From IMG/VR virus record IMGVR_UViG_3300033143_004671, positions 23,210-87,209 of that record: a DNA stretch of 64,000 nucleotides; one strand, given 5' to 3'. The position numbers and the translations under genes are program-made. Shown here one piece after another: positions 48,886 to 58,092 of this stretch (its first letter is position 1; every line of letters starts with the position of its first letter). The stretch is from a virus. A model generated the notes under the pieces. The model was not told the origin of the DNA. It did not search any database and saw only the letters and a list, made by a program, of their open reading frames with translations.

Positions 48886-48980
48886 GCCGAGGATTGCTAG
48901 GCGAGCCACGCACTCACCTGGTCGTTGTAGATTCCGACACTGTAAGGCTAAAGGCAATCCTCGACTCCCGACTCCACAAC
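48886..48980 (-). ncRNA. putative pseudoknotted RNA 3' of tRNA-Lys
   Basis: crossing helices; G-U pairs form only on the minus strand. Confidence 0.5.
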
Positions 48981-49008
48981 AGCAAACAACGCCTGGTACG
49001 TCGAAGTA

Positions 49009-49082
49009 AGGACCCGGCTGGACTCGAACCAGCGGCCTGCGGATTAAAAGCCCGATGCTCTAGCCGACTGAGCTACAGGTCC
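49009..49082 (-). tRNA. tRNA-Lys(UUU)
   Basis: cloverleaf GGACCTG/CGGGTCC, D arm GCTC/GAGC, loop CTTTTAA, TTCGA T-loop; no encoded CCA. Confidence 0.9.
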
Positions 49083-49198
49083 AAAACTGCTAGGAAGCTA
49101 TGCTGACTTATTCGACCCTACTATTTTAGAAGGGCTTTTTGTCCAGAGTAGAGTTTCCTTCTTTACTACTCACCTTTTAGCAGTCTTTTTATAAGACA

Positions 49199-49270
49199 AG
49201 GACCGGTAGGATTTGAACCTCACATCTTGCCGTTTCTTTGAACAATGCTCTACCATTGAGCTACGGTCCC
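49199..49270 (-). tRNA. tRNA-like gene with an aberrant anticodon arm (pseudo-tRNA)
   Basis: GGGACCG/CGGTCCT acceptor, GCTCAATGGTAGAGC D arm, GGTTCAAATCC; no canonical 7-nt anticodon loop. Confidence 0.65.
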
Positions 49271-49272
49271 AT

Positions 49273-49720
49273 GTCACGCCCCGATTCAGCGGGGCGTGAC
49301 TGTGCAACTCGCATACCCGCGAGGCAATGGGGTATGCCTCTTCGATTGTCTCGATGAGTCCACGATCTCCTTATGCAAATAGTACACCGTGAAACGTCCG
49401 ACAACCGAACGTGAATCATTGCTTCCCTGGCGGGATTCCCCACCCCGCACCACACAGCCGAACCACGGGCAACCCCGGGTGTGCTCCGCGTCGAAGCCAT
49501 GTGGCGGATGGCTCCTACGTGCCCGCGTATCATCGACTGTCCTATCTCCTGCCACAATAACACCGGCGCCGCCACGCCACAGGGAAGCAATATCACAGGG
49601 CCTGTCGGTGCCGTGTACGTCGGCAAGGCGGAGGGAGACCTTGCAACGGTCGAATCGCTGCCTGTCAGAACGACCCGTCCGACAGGCCCATGTTTCGTAT
49701 TCACGTGTCAACCCGCCCTT
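49273..49720 (-). ncRNA. putative large structured ncRNA
   Basis: several long perfect stems; TATAAT at 49727-49732 on the minus strand; no credible ORF. Confidence 0.6.
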
Positions 49721-49786
49721 CAATCCATTATACAATGCTCGAACAAAACATGTTTGTTTTATTTTTCAACGTCCCGCGAACGATCA

Positions 49787-51151
49787 CTAACCCTCCGGTC
49801 CCAGAGGAACCACCGTAGCAGTCCCAGCCATCGAGAAGCCCGTAATCTCACCTTCCTTAATGGCCTTCCACAGCTTCTCGTACTCGTTGGGGACGTGAGT
49901 AGCCAAATACCAGGAACCTTCGGGAATCGTCTCGCCCCACTTCACCACTTCCTGGTCCGCGAAGAAGCATTCCACGACGGGGCATTTCAGTGGCTTGCCC
50001 GAGTGCATGAACTTTATCCGACCACCCGATCCAATCATCCATGTCTTCATAGCCTTATAGATGTCATCGGCAGTAGCGAAGTCGCCTTGGCTGTCTACAG
50101 TATTTGAAGTGTACACTATACCGCCTACAATGCGTTCCTCCTCGTTTTTGAGAAAGGCCGCCTCGTCTGCCTCTTCCCTTTTCTCGACAGCCGCCTCGAC
50201 TGTCGTTTTCATCTTGTGCTCTTTAAGCCACGCCTTCGCTTGAGCGACTGTGAACTTGTTCGCACTAAAACGTACGGATTGCACTTTGCTCTTACCCCCT
50301 TTAATTCCCCAAATGACGTGAATGCCCGGACCGAACTTGTTATTCTCTCGTCTGAATCCATCGAACTGTCCTGGAGGCAATTGACGGGCGGCATGTTCCT
50401 TCGGGTATGGTTTGGAGATAAAATTGACTATCGGATGCCCGTTCTCGTCCAACGCTTCCTCCAGACAATCATCCTCGACCTCGGGGATCGTCTCTAAGGG
50501 GCTTTCCTCCTCTACCCGTATGTCGGGGGCACTGTCATCGAGATCGTCGTTCTGAGGCAGTCCTAGACGTTTCTGAAGCCCTTCTACGTCGTGTTCGTAC
50601 TCCATATCCAGCCGTGGTACAAGCACGAGATCAAAAACAGGAACGACAGGAGCTTCCAGATCCACACCGTCGCGACGAACCACAATGGGCTTCCCGATCC
50701 GACTGAATATCTTTTCGACAAGAGTAACCTCCAATTCATTGGCGAAGATGGGGTCTCCAAACTCATACCCGTCCAGCCTGACCTCGACGTGATCCGCCGT
50801 CTTCGGCGATTTAACAAATGCACCAGACAACGACACTACAGCTTCCTGAACCATGATTCTCGGCAATTCGCAAACGTCGATGCCTCGCGTCTTCTTGGAC
50901 AGCATCCGCTTGTCCAGTGAATATGGTTTAAGTTTCCTGCCTCGCTTTCTCAATTCATCGGTGATGATAATATAAGCCTCCAAGAGGGCGTCCCTGACAA
51001 TCGGTGTGTAGACGCCCAGCATGTTCTTTCTCAGCTTCTCGTCATACTCCCTGGAGGTCCGGCTTATCTGATCGGCCCTTTGCCTCATGTTTACCAACTC
51101 CGAAACCTGGAGCTGTTCCACGTTACCCGCGCTCACGTCTTCGATTCTCAT
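49787..51151 (-). CDS. XkdF-like prohead serine protease, multidomain
   Basis: EERIVGGIVY...VDSQGD...MH...GSW...IKEGEITGFSMAG; also a PYPKEHAARQ domain. Confidence 0.85.
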   Translation of the reverse strand: MRIEDVSAGNVEQLQVSELVNMRQRADQISRTSREYDEKLRKNMLGVYTPIVRDALLEAYIIITDELRKRGRKLKPYSLDKRMLSKKTRGIDVCELPRIMVQEAVVSLSGAFVKSPKTADHVEVRLDGYEFGDPIFANELEVTLVEKIFSRIGKPIVVRRDGVDLEAPVVPVFDLVLVPRLDMEYEHDVEGLQKRLGLPQNDDLDDSAPDIRVEEESPLETIPEVEDDCLEEALDENGHPIVNFISKPYPKEHAARQLPPGQFDGFRRENNKFGPGIHVIWGIKGGKSKVQSVRFSANKFTVAQAKAWLKEHKMKTTVEAAVEKREEADEAAFLKNEEERIVGGIVYTSNTVDSQGDFATADDIYKAMKTWMIGSGGRIKFMHSGKPLKCPVVECFFADQEVVKWGETIPEGSWYLATHVPNEYEKLWKAIKEGEITGFSMAGTATVVPLGPEG

Positions 51152-51166
51152 ATCATTACTCCTTCG

Positions 51167-51643
51167 TCACTCTGCAGACACCAGTTCCCTGAGTCTCCCT
51201 AAAATCCTTTCACTCTGTTCTTCGTCTCCGGGCAACAACGGCCCGTATTCCATCCGGTCCAGTATGAACTCGGCATCACTATCGGGCAACCGCTTCAACA
51301 GCGATGTCACATAATCCTTGTCCTCCGCTCCAAAACCTGTTTTATACACCAGCCCATCGGCAGCGTTATCCATGTTTGTCCAGCCCATACCTCCCGCCGA
51401 ATCCCTCGGCAGGTAACGCTGAGTCTTCAAAGCCCCAACCAAAGTACCATAGGCATACTGGAACTGAGCGGGGCTGATTGTGTTCCCCTCATCCGAATAC
51501 CTACACTCGGACAATACAGACGCTACCAACGCTTCACTCTCCACTTCGTCCTTGCAGTACCTGAGATACAAGTTCCACCTGGCCATCGCCCTACTTGTTA
51601 TCTTACTAGCGAGGAGTATGAGTTTCTGTGGTGTGGAGGTCAT
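51167..51643 (-). CDS. hypothetical protein
   Basis: AAGGA RBS. Confidence 0.6.
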   Translation of the reverse strand: MTSTPQKLILLASKITSRAMARWNLYLRYCKDEVESEALVASVLSECRYSDEGNTISPAQFQYAYGTLVGALKTQRYLPRDSAGGMGWTNMDNAADGLVYKTGFGAEDKDYVTSLLKRLPDSDAEFILDRMEYGPLLPGDEEQSERILGRLRELVSAE

Positions 51644-51800
51644 TTGGGTTTCCTTCGGGAGAATCTAATACCCCCATCTCCTACAAGGGGTTTCCTATGG
51701 TCTTCCTTTCCCAAAATCATCGCCTTAGGTATCCCTTTTGGAAACGCCTTACACGTTGTTTTGTCTAAGTAGAGTTTGCACTGAGGACACTGCCAAGTCA

Positions 51801-53435
51801 TCATAGATTAAACTCCTTTATTACCTTCGCGGCTTCTTTTGCTATTACTCCCTTCCGTCCTTCTTTCGATGCCCGATATGCTTCCGCCCACAACTCATTA
51901 GCATTTGTCGCTGAATAATGCCCCAATTCTTTTGTTGCCCCCTTCATAACGGCGGCAGGGTCCCCTTTGTGTGCCTTCAATATCCGCTCCCATAATACAC
52001 GCTGTGGCGACTTTTCCAGCTTTGCATCTTGTACCATGGCATTCACAGTTTTGAAGTGACCTACTTCGTGCCTAACCACACCTGTCGGCGTCATACCATT
52101 AGCAAATCCTGTCTTACTCATACCATCAGCCAACGTCTTCATCTTTTTCATCGTCCGCATCTCGGCACTATAGGAAAAAACGCCGCCAGCATCGGTCATC
52201 TGCATACTTGCCACGGCAGACCCACTATCGAAAGGACGTATCGCTTTCAGATTAGTTACCCCTTCATCCGCTAAAGTTTTATTTACCAAGTTCGCTACAT
52301 CGACCGAAGTCTGGGAGTAGTCTACATCGTGTGCCAACCCATGCTCCTTCGCCCATGCTTCCGCTTTTTTCCTTGTCTTGGCTGGCTGGAATGATGGGCC
52401 ACGCGGAACACCAACAGGCTTAACAGGTTTGATCGTGGGCTTGGGCAGCTTAGGTGCTTTCTCACCTACTCGAGGTCCGGCTACTGGTGTCCACGAGCAC
52501 CGACAGTTGGGATGAATTGGTATGATTCCCGATCCTACCTCCCTCTTATATGTGTGCCCATCATATCCTGCGCATACAATGCAGGCATCGGCCGAGGCAT
52601 CGAATCGTATGAACTCAATCTCCGCTTCCTTATACATCTCCAACGTACCTTCACTCACTGCCCTGGCCGTCTCCGTCCTCGCTATCATCTCACCCCGGTA
52701 TCGCAGCTTCTTCGCGGCTTCCCGCCTCAACACTCTCAGTTGCTTGTCGATAGACAGCCCTTGATTCGCCAATCGTTCCTGCAGTTTAATCATCGCCCCC
52801 ATCTGCCTACCATTCAATCCCACGGCTTTCACCGACCTGATCTCCCGCCCTACCGTCCCCATGTCCTTTCCCTTCGCCACGCCGTCGGCAATGACTACCC
52901 TCAATCCCTCTTTTGTCTCATTCGCTATCAGAGTGACAAGCCTGTTCGTATTCGCCGCCGCCCACGATACCGCCTTGGGATTGACGAGATCGAACGGTGT
53001 GGAGATATTTGCCAACTGCCCGGCTACCTTAGCGGCCTTCCCATAGATTCTCATGTAATGAGGGCCTATGGCATTGTCGCCTTTCGTCCGTATGCAATTC
53101 CAATCTGAAATCTTCGCGGTGACGCGAGTGAACTTCCTTGCCTTCTCGATGGGGCCGTAGAACGCCCTCACCATATCCTCGATACGACCATCGGCCAATA
53201 CCTTCTCTAACATCGACGTGGGTTGGTATTCCCCGTACTTCTCCGCCTTACTGAGATCAGCTTCCTTCCCCTGTATGAGTTGCTGTTCGATTCCCCACAA
53301 GACGGCCCTGTCGATCAGGGCAAGCCAACTGCGCACCGTCCTGTAGAAAGGACGCACCTCCTGCCGATAGACCCTGAGGAACCTCTTGTGTTCCTTCGTT
53401 GTCGCTTTCGATATATGCGAGCACTGCCCTGTCAT
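51801..53435 (-). CDS. MuF/SPP1 gp7 head morphogenesis protein with a C-terminal zincin-like domain
   Basis: IARTETARA, PIHPNCRC, RHEVGH...YSATNANELWAEAY. Confidence 0.9.
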   Translation of the reverse strand: MTGQCSHISKATTKEHKRFLRVYRQEVRPFYRTVRSWLALIDRAVLWGIEQQLIQGKEADLSKAEKYGEYQPTSMLEKVLADGRIEDMVRAFYGPIEKARKFTRVTAKISDWNCIRTKGDNAIGPHYMRIYGKAAKVAGQLANISTPFDLVNPKAVSWAAANTNRLVTLIANETKEGLRVVIADGVAKGKDMGTVGREIRSVKAVGLNGRQMGAMIKLQERLANQGLSIDKQLRVLRREAAKKLRYRGEMIARTETARAVSEGTLEMYKEAEIEFIRFDASADACIVCAGYDGHTYKREVGSGIIPIHPNCRCSWTPVAGPRVGEKAPKLPKPTIKPVKPVGVPRGPSFQPAKTRKKAEAWAKEHGLAHDVDYSQTSVDVANLVNKTLADEGVTNLKAIRPFDSGSAVASMQMTDAGGVFSYSAEMRTMKKMKTLADGMSKTGFANGMTPTGVVRHEVGHFKTVNAMVQDAKLEKSPQRVLWERILKAHKGDPAAVMKGATKELGHYSATNANELWAEAYRASKEGRKGVIAKEAAKVIKEFNL

Positions 53436-53695
53436 TTAGGCTTCTCGATGTCTATTGCCGTCTCCCCCAACTCGATGTCTATTGCCGTCCCCTCCAGGCT
53501 CTCACTGATGAAGCCGTCTGGTAGCCCAGAAGTGGCAACATCTACAGGCGCCCACCATGCCAGATGGCAAACCAATTCCCGAATCGCCTTGCCTAAGTCT
53601 TCCTTAAACATGATGGGATGAATCGTCACTCTCACTCCCACCTTGTTCAGTATGCCCAAAAAGGCATCGGCTATCTCTTCGTCGGTCATCATCAC
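53432..53695 (-). CDS. hypothetical protein
   Basis: coupled ORF with TAIDIE twice. Confidence 0.45.
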   Translation of the reverse strand: MMMTDEEIADAFLGILNKVGVRVTIHPIMFKEDLGKAIRELVCHLAWWAPVDVATSGLPDGFISESLEGTAIDIELGETAIDIEKPK

Positions 53696-53955
53696 TTCAC
53701 CGGCATGGCACAGGTTGGAGGTCTGGTTGCCTTCTTCAATCGGATCGACTGCTTGAACTTCTCAGTAATCTGTTTGATCGTTTTCTTGTCCTTCTTCTTC
53801 ATCATCTCGACCCCCACTTTACAAAAGCCGCTGGCATAAACATGAACCAGATAGGGTGCGGGCTCTTGCATACCCACACGGCAATGGCCACCACTATGGC
53901 CGTGCAAACGCACAGTGTCATTCTCTCATATTCCGACACGTCTCCCATCTTCATC

Positions 53956-54237
53956 TCATATCTCCACCGCGAAGATGTCCGTCTCCCGGATCATCCGATA
54001 ACGCTCGCCTTCCATCTCGATCTCAAAACCTACCTGTGTCGAACAATAAACAAGATCGCCCCGCCTCACTTGCATGGGCATCCTCGATCCATCTTCCAAC
54101 AAACGCCCAGGTCCCGCCGACATCACTACCGCCTCACCCGTATGCCGAGGCTCCGCGTTGTCGGGCAGGTGAATGCCTCCCGGCGTTATCCTCTCCTCGA
54201 CGATCTTAACCAGCACCCTATCGTCTGTCGGGGTCAT
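53956..54237 (-). CDS. groES: co-chaperonin GroES (Cpn10)
   Basis: PTDDRVLV, TPGGIHLPD, SAGPG, VRRGDLV, RETDIFA. Confidence 0.9.
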   Translation of the reverse strand: MTPTDDRVLVKIVEERITPGGIHLPDNAEPRHTGEAVVMSAGPGRLLEDGSRMPMQVRRGDLVYCSTQVGFEIEMEGERYRMIRETDIFAVEI

Positions 54238-54293
54238 CTACAGTTCTCCTTGCGTCACACAGTAGCATCCGACCAGCTACCACTCGCCTTTCT

Positions 54294-54536
54294 TCAGTGC
54301 CCATTTTCATTCTCTTCCTGACAAAGCAGTTCTTCCAACATCCCAACGGTACAGTCCTTCTTGTGTCTCCAATGAGCGGTCGCCCCGCACTCGCTGCACG
54401 TATAGTATCCATGGTCGTCGAGGGTCGCGGCATTCACTGCCGCCTGCATCTCGTCGACCAGTCCTTCCTCGACGGTCATCTCCTCCTTGACTACCTCCAG
54501 GATTTCTCTTTCGAGTTCGGCATCCTTATCACTCAT
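54294..54536 (-). CDS. hypothetical protein
   Basis: CSECG...HKKDC. Confidence 0.55.
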   Translation of the reverse strand: MSDKDAELEREILEVVKEEMTVEEGLVDEMQAAVNAATLDDHGYYTCSECGATAHWRHKKDCTVGMLEELLCQEENENGH

Positions 54537-54778
54537 TTCCTATTTCCTTTTCTAAGTCGCCTCAATTCCCCAATCACAGCAGGATGGGCTATGAGTTTAT
54601 TGCCTACCTTGTAGACCACGGGGTCTGGCACAAATGTATTCTCCCAACCCACCCACGGCCTCCATGGACGCGTAAACAGGCGTTCCCGCCACATCCGTTT
54701 TCTAGGCGGACCGAGAACGGTGAGCTTGTGGTCGCTTATCAACTGCAATCCCATTGGTGGTGGTTGACTGTCCATCAT
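54533..54778 (-). CDS. hypothetical phage protein
   Basis: WRERLFTRPWRPW...AHPA. Confidence 0.65.
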   Translation of the reverse strand: MMDSQPPPMGLQLISDHKLTVLGPPRKRMWRERLFTRPWRPWVGWENTFVPDPVVYKVGNKLIAHPAVIGELRRLRKGNRK

Positions 54779-54910
54779 TCTTCTTCCTTTCACCAGAACC
54801 GAGGAATCGTTTCTAAGTACACCTTGTTCCATAACCACCTCATTATACGTTTATACAGAGAAAACCCCTTAGAGACGATCCTCGTACGTCCTGCGTATGG
54901 TTGAGAGGTT

Positions 54911-55081
54911 TCATGCCATCCTCTCCGCATGTCTCGCCGACTTATTATGCACTGGCGAGGATGGCACGCGAGTATCCTCGACAGAATATACTCTAGGAAG
55001 GCTCTTGCTGCATCCACGACATATCCGATTATGACGTCCTTCGGACATAAACATCTTCTGGCACCTCAAACATCGCCGCAT
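54911..55081 (-). CDS. small Zn-finger protein
   Basis: RRCLRCQKMFMSEGRHNRICRGC. Confidence 0.65.
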   Translation of the reverse strand: MRRCLRCQKMFMSEGRHNRICRGCSKSLPRVYSVEDTRVPSSPVHNKSARHAERMA

Positions 55082-55092
55082 TCCTTTGCCTC

Positions 55093-55551
55093 TCATCCTT
55101 GTGCTCCCGGGTCTGTCCATATTGGTCGATACGATGGGTCCATTGCCTCGTCGAAATCCGCGACCTCGTGCATCCCATCTTCCAGATTAGTGTCGGGCCC
55201 CAACGTATCGAAGATAGAATGCCGGACGAGGCGCCACGTCTCATTGTCTATTTGCAGCTTGCCGGTCTGTTGCAGCTTGCCCAGTATTGCTTCGAGGAGG
55301 CCCCGAAGCTTTCTATTCTCCGCCTTAAGTGCCTGAAACTCGTCGCTACCGACGAGGCTGTCCAGCTTCTCTGTCTTGTCGAGGAGTATGTCGAGGAGTT
55401 GAGTGGACAAGACAAAGGCCTCCGGAGGTGCGTCCCGTTTGGTCTTGGCCGCGAGCACGGTGTAAGGTTCAGCGGATAAACACTTCCTGACGGACCACCA
55501 TTTGGCTTCCGTCATTCTCGCCGAACTGACATCTCGTCTGGCTAGGTCCAT
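55093..55551 (-). CDS. hypothetical protein
   Basis: ORF in the operon. Confidence 0.55.
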   Translation of the reverse strand: MDLARRDVSSARMTEAKWWSVRKCLSAEPYTVLAAKTKRDAPPEAFVLSTQLLDILLDKTEKLDSLVGSDEFQALKAENRKLRGLLEAILGKLQQTGKLQIDNETWRLVRHSIFDTLGPDTNLEDGMHEVADFDEAMDPSYRPIWTDPGAQG

Positions 55552-55552
55552 A

Positions 55553-55846
55553 TCAGGGCTCCATGGCTGAATGCTCTTCGGGAGGGGAGGAATACAAGGG
55601 GCGGGCGTGAAGGGGAGGACGAGGTCCGTTCCTGTATCGGTTCACCGCTCCCCCATTAAACTTCACGACAACGGTCCTCGTCCCGTTGACTTCGAACTGC
55701 CTCCATCCATCATAGGGAGGAAGTTCGTTCTCACCACATACGGCTTCCATACACCACTGATCGTCCGACACCATACTAAGCTCATTACAGATGAACCTTA
55801 GTGCTTCCGCTTTCATCTTTGAGCCCACATTCAATATCACTTCCAT
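55553..55846 (-). CDS. hypothetical protein
   Basis: ORF in the operon. Confidence 0.55.
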   Translation of the reverse strand: MEVILNVGSKMKAEALRFICNELSMVSDDQWCMEAVCGENELPPYDGWRQFEVNGTRTVVVKFNGGAVNRYRNGPRPPLHARPLYSSPPEEHSAMEP

Positions 55847-55847
55847 T

Positions 55848-56264
55848 TCATTCTTCCTTTCCCTTTGCTACGGGCCTCTTTCCCGTATCGTCTCTCGGAG
55901 GACCACAAGCATCGAACAATGCCCATAATGCCTCTCGGTTCTGGTTCGGATTCGGGTACGCCGGGTTCTGCGGACGCATTCCTCGCAGACGGCAACAGAA
56001 CAACTTGGTTGCCCATATCGTACCAAACATGGCATCCACCTCTTTGCAATCCGCTATAGCCTGCTTGAGAACATCCAAGTTCTCTATTGTAACCTCCTCG
56101 CAGTCAGCACAAGCCCAATAAAACAAGTCATTGCAGTTGACGAAAAGCGTGATTGGTGCATACTCGGTATCAGTCCTCCACATCAGATCGTCACTGCTAC
56201 CGAGATCACCGAACATGGCAAACGCGTCGAGGATGGTTAGAATGTCTTCCTGTTTCGTCGGCAT
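55848..56264 (-). CDS. hypothetical phage protein
   Basis: CNDLFYWACADCEE, GMRPQ...LFDACGP. Confidence 0.7.
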   Translation of the reverse strand: MPTKQEDILTILDAFAMFGDLGSSDDLMWRTDTEYAPITLFVNCNDLFYWACADCEEVTIENLDVLKQAIADCKEVDAMFGTIWATKLFCCRLRGMRPQNPAYPNPNQNREALWALFDACGPPRDDTGKRPVAKGKEE

Positions 56265-57757
56265 CACTCTTCCTTTCCCAGTTCCCATCTCAATTCAGCG
56301 ATCCTGCTCTCCACCGTTTCCTCTATCTCGTCACCCAATCGATCCACCCTGCTGGCTAGTTTGTCCTCCCTGCGTTCCAGTTCCTCCTCTGAAGGTTGCC
56401 CCACGGGCACTAGCGTATTCTTCATGTAGAACATATCGCCGCCCAACTGCCCCTCGGGATAGGGTTCCATATTCAACTGTTTCCGTGCCTCGTTCGGCGT
56501 CACCAACCCATGCTCTATCCACTTGACCAACCGGTCCGTCAACCTGTCCTTGTCCTCTTGCAAAAGTTCCTTCGTATCGAAGAGCATATAGTACTCGTTC
56601 TCTTCATCGTCGGCGATGTCGGAGAACATAGGCAGATAGTGAAGCAACAGTGCGGACTCGATCTTTTTGATCTTGGTGCCTATCGTCTCCTTGTGGAACG
56701 ATTCGATCTGCAGGAAGTAGTTGTCGTACTTGGCGTGTTCCAGCAATCCCACCATGACAGGGGGCACACCGAGTGCAGCCAGGATGGCCTGCCTGTTCTC
56801 TTTCCTGCCTTGGAGGAACTCGATGTCCTTTGGGTTGGACGATAGTGGGATGAAATCAATCCCATCCTCCGTGGAGAAGACAGGAATCTTCCTGCCCTTA
56901 CCCCGCAGGAAGTTGGTCAACTGCCTGGCGAAGTCCTCCATCCTGGATTGGCTCATCCGCCCCTTGACCGATATGATTCCTTCCGCAGCCAAACCATGCT
57001 CGAAGAAGTCCAAGTTCCACGATGCCATCTGCTTGTCTTGTCTCACATCGTCGATGCTGACCTGCAGGGAACCCAACCCCAACCAATCCTCCACTGGATT
57101 GAAATACTTGAATGGCACAATCTCGTCCGGCCGGAACACCTTGGGTTTGCCCACACCCCTCTTGTCCACCACGAACTTGTACTCCTTAATTCCATTGCCC
57201 GACTTATCGGGTTCAGGCGTGACCCTGTCCGGCCTGAGAGGGAAGAGTTCCTCGACCCACTTCTCTTCCAACAACGTTGTCTCACCTGCCACAACCTCCT
57301 TCTTGTTCTTGACAGTTTCCCAGTACGCCATGCCCACGCACTCGAGGTAGACGACTGTGCTCTCTATCAAATCGAATCCCGTGGAATCGGGGTTGGGTTT
57401 GCGAAGGGTACTCAATGACCTGTGATCCGTGATCTCTTCGATCTCCTTCGTCTTCTTGTTCCGTTTGAAGAGCTGAAGTTTCAGTTGGGCTATCGTATTG
57501 GCGATAGCATAAACGCCCGCGTACGCCCAGACGTGCTTAGTGTAAAGAGCCAACCACTCCTTCGTATTCCTGGGGATCTTGACCGCCTGCCCCATCGTAG
57601 TCGAATGTTCGACTACCGCGGCTGCGGCAACCGATGCCTTGACAATCTGCCTTGGTGATAACCGATCGAGCAGGAGTTTACCTAGCTGCGAGTAGATTTT
57701 ATCCTCGGTCTCAGGTATCACCCGTCTCTTGCGTACGGCCTTTTTCTGCTTTGTCAT
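56264..57757 (-). CDS. HK97-family portal protein
   Basis: LRKPNP, GMAYW, LRPDRV, FFEHG, LGVPPVMVG, TPNEARKQL. Confidence 0.95.
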   Translation of the reverse strand: MTKQKKAVRKRRVIPETEDKIYSQLGKLLLDRLSPRQIVKASVAAAAVVEHSTTMGQAVKIPRNTKEWLALYTKHVWAYAGVYAIANTIAQLKLQLFKRNKKTKEIEEITDHRSLSTLRKPNPDSTGFDLIESTVVYLECVGMAYWETVKNKKEVVAGETTLLEEKWVEELFPLRPDRVTPEPDKSGNGIKEYKFVVDKRGVGKPKVFRPDEIVPFKYFNPVEDWLGLGSLQVSIDDVRQDKQMASWNLDFFEHGLAAEGIISVKGRMSQSRMEDFARQLTNFLRGKGRKIPVFSTEDGIDFIPLSSNPKDIEFLQGRKENRQAILAALGVPPVMVGLLEHAKYDNYFLQIESFHKETIGTKIKKIESALLLHYLPMFSDIADDEENEYYMLFDTKELLQEDKDRLTDRLVKWIEHGLVTPNEARKQLNMEPYPEGQLGGDMFYMKNTLVPVGQPSEEELERREDKLASRVDRLGDEIEETVESRIAELRWELGKEE

Positions 57758-58061
57758 TTCTGTTTACCTCGTTAGGTAGTTTACACGTTATCGTAGGCAG
57801 AGGAGGTAGTGGAGTACTGGTCGTCGGTTCCTCGGGCCATGGTTCGCCTGGCCCTGTCGTGTTGTCCTCCTTTATAATAATAGGAGGAGAGAGCATTGGA
57901 GGATGGTAGACACCGGCCATCGCGGCAGTCAGCTTCCTGCAGTCGCAGATGAACTTAGAACCTATTGGTATCTCATCTCCCTCTTTCTCGAACACACCAT
58001 ATATAGGACACCCGCAGTGCGGGCACGCTCCTATCTGTCTCGTCCTCGTCTGTTCACTCAT
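57711..58061 (-). CDS. hypothetical protein
   Basis: CPHCGC; AAGGAG RBS. Confidence 0.55.
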   Translation of the reverse strand: MSEQTRTRQIGACPHCGCPIYGVFEKEGDEIPIGSKFICDCRKLTAAMAGVYHPPMLSPPIIIKEDNTTGPGEPWPEEPTTSTPLPPLPTITCKLPNEVNRNDKAEKGRTQETGDT

Positions 58062-58092
58062 ACTACGTCTCCTTCACTATTATATTATAACG

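Noticed and set aside
49199-49270. Opal suppressor or tRNA-Sec (TTCAAA in the anticodon region) linked to the TGA at 1962
   Set aside because: TCA cannot be centred in a paired 7-nt loop, there is no long variable arm, and many genes use TGA as a normal stop.
47548-49786. Self-splicing intron joining the protease halves
   Set aside because: No ordered group I P7 motifs or group II domain V were found; the upstream ORF has its own stop; the HNH gene is antisense.
49261-50107. Overlapping 130-210 aa ORFs in the RNA island
   Set aside because: No RBS or recognisable motifs; better explained by GC-rich structured RNA and antisense frames.
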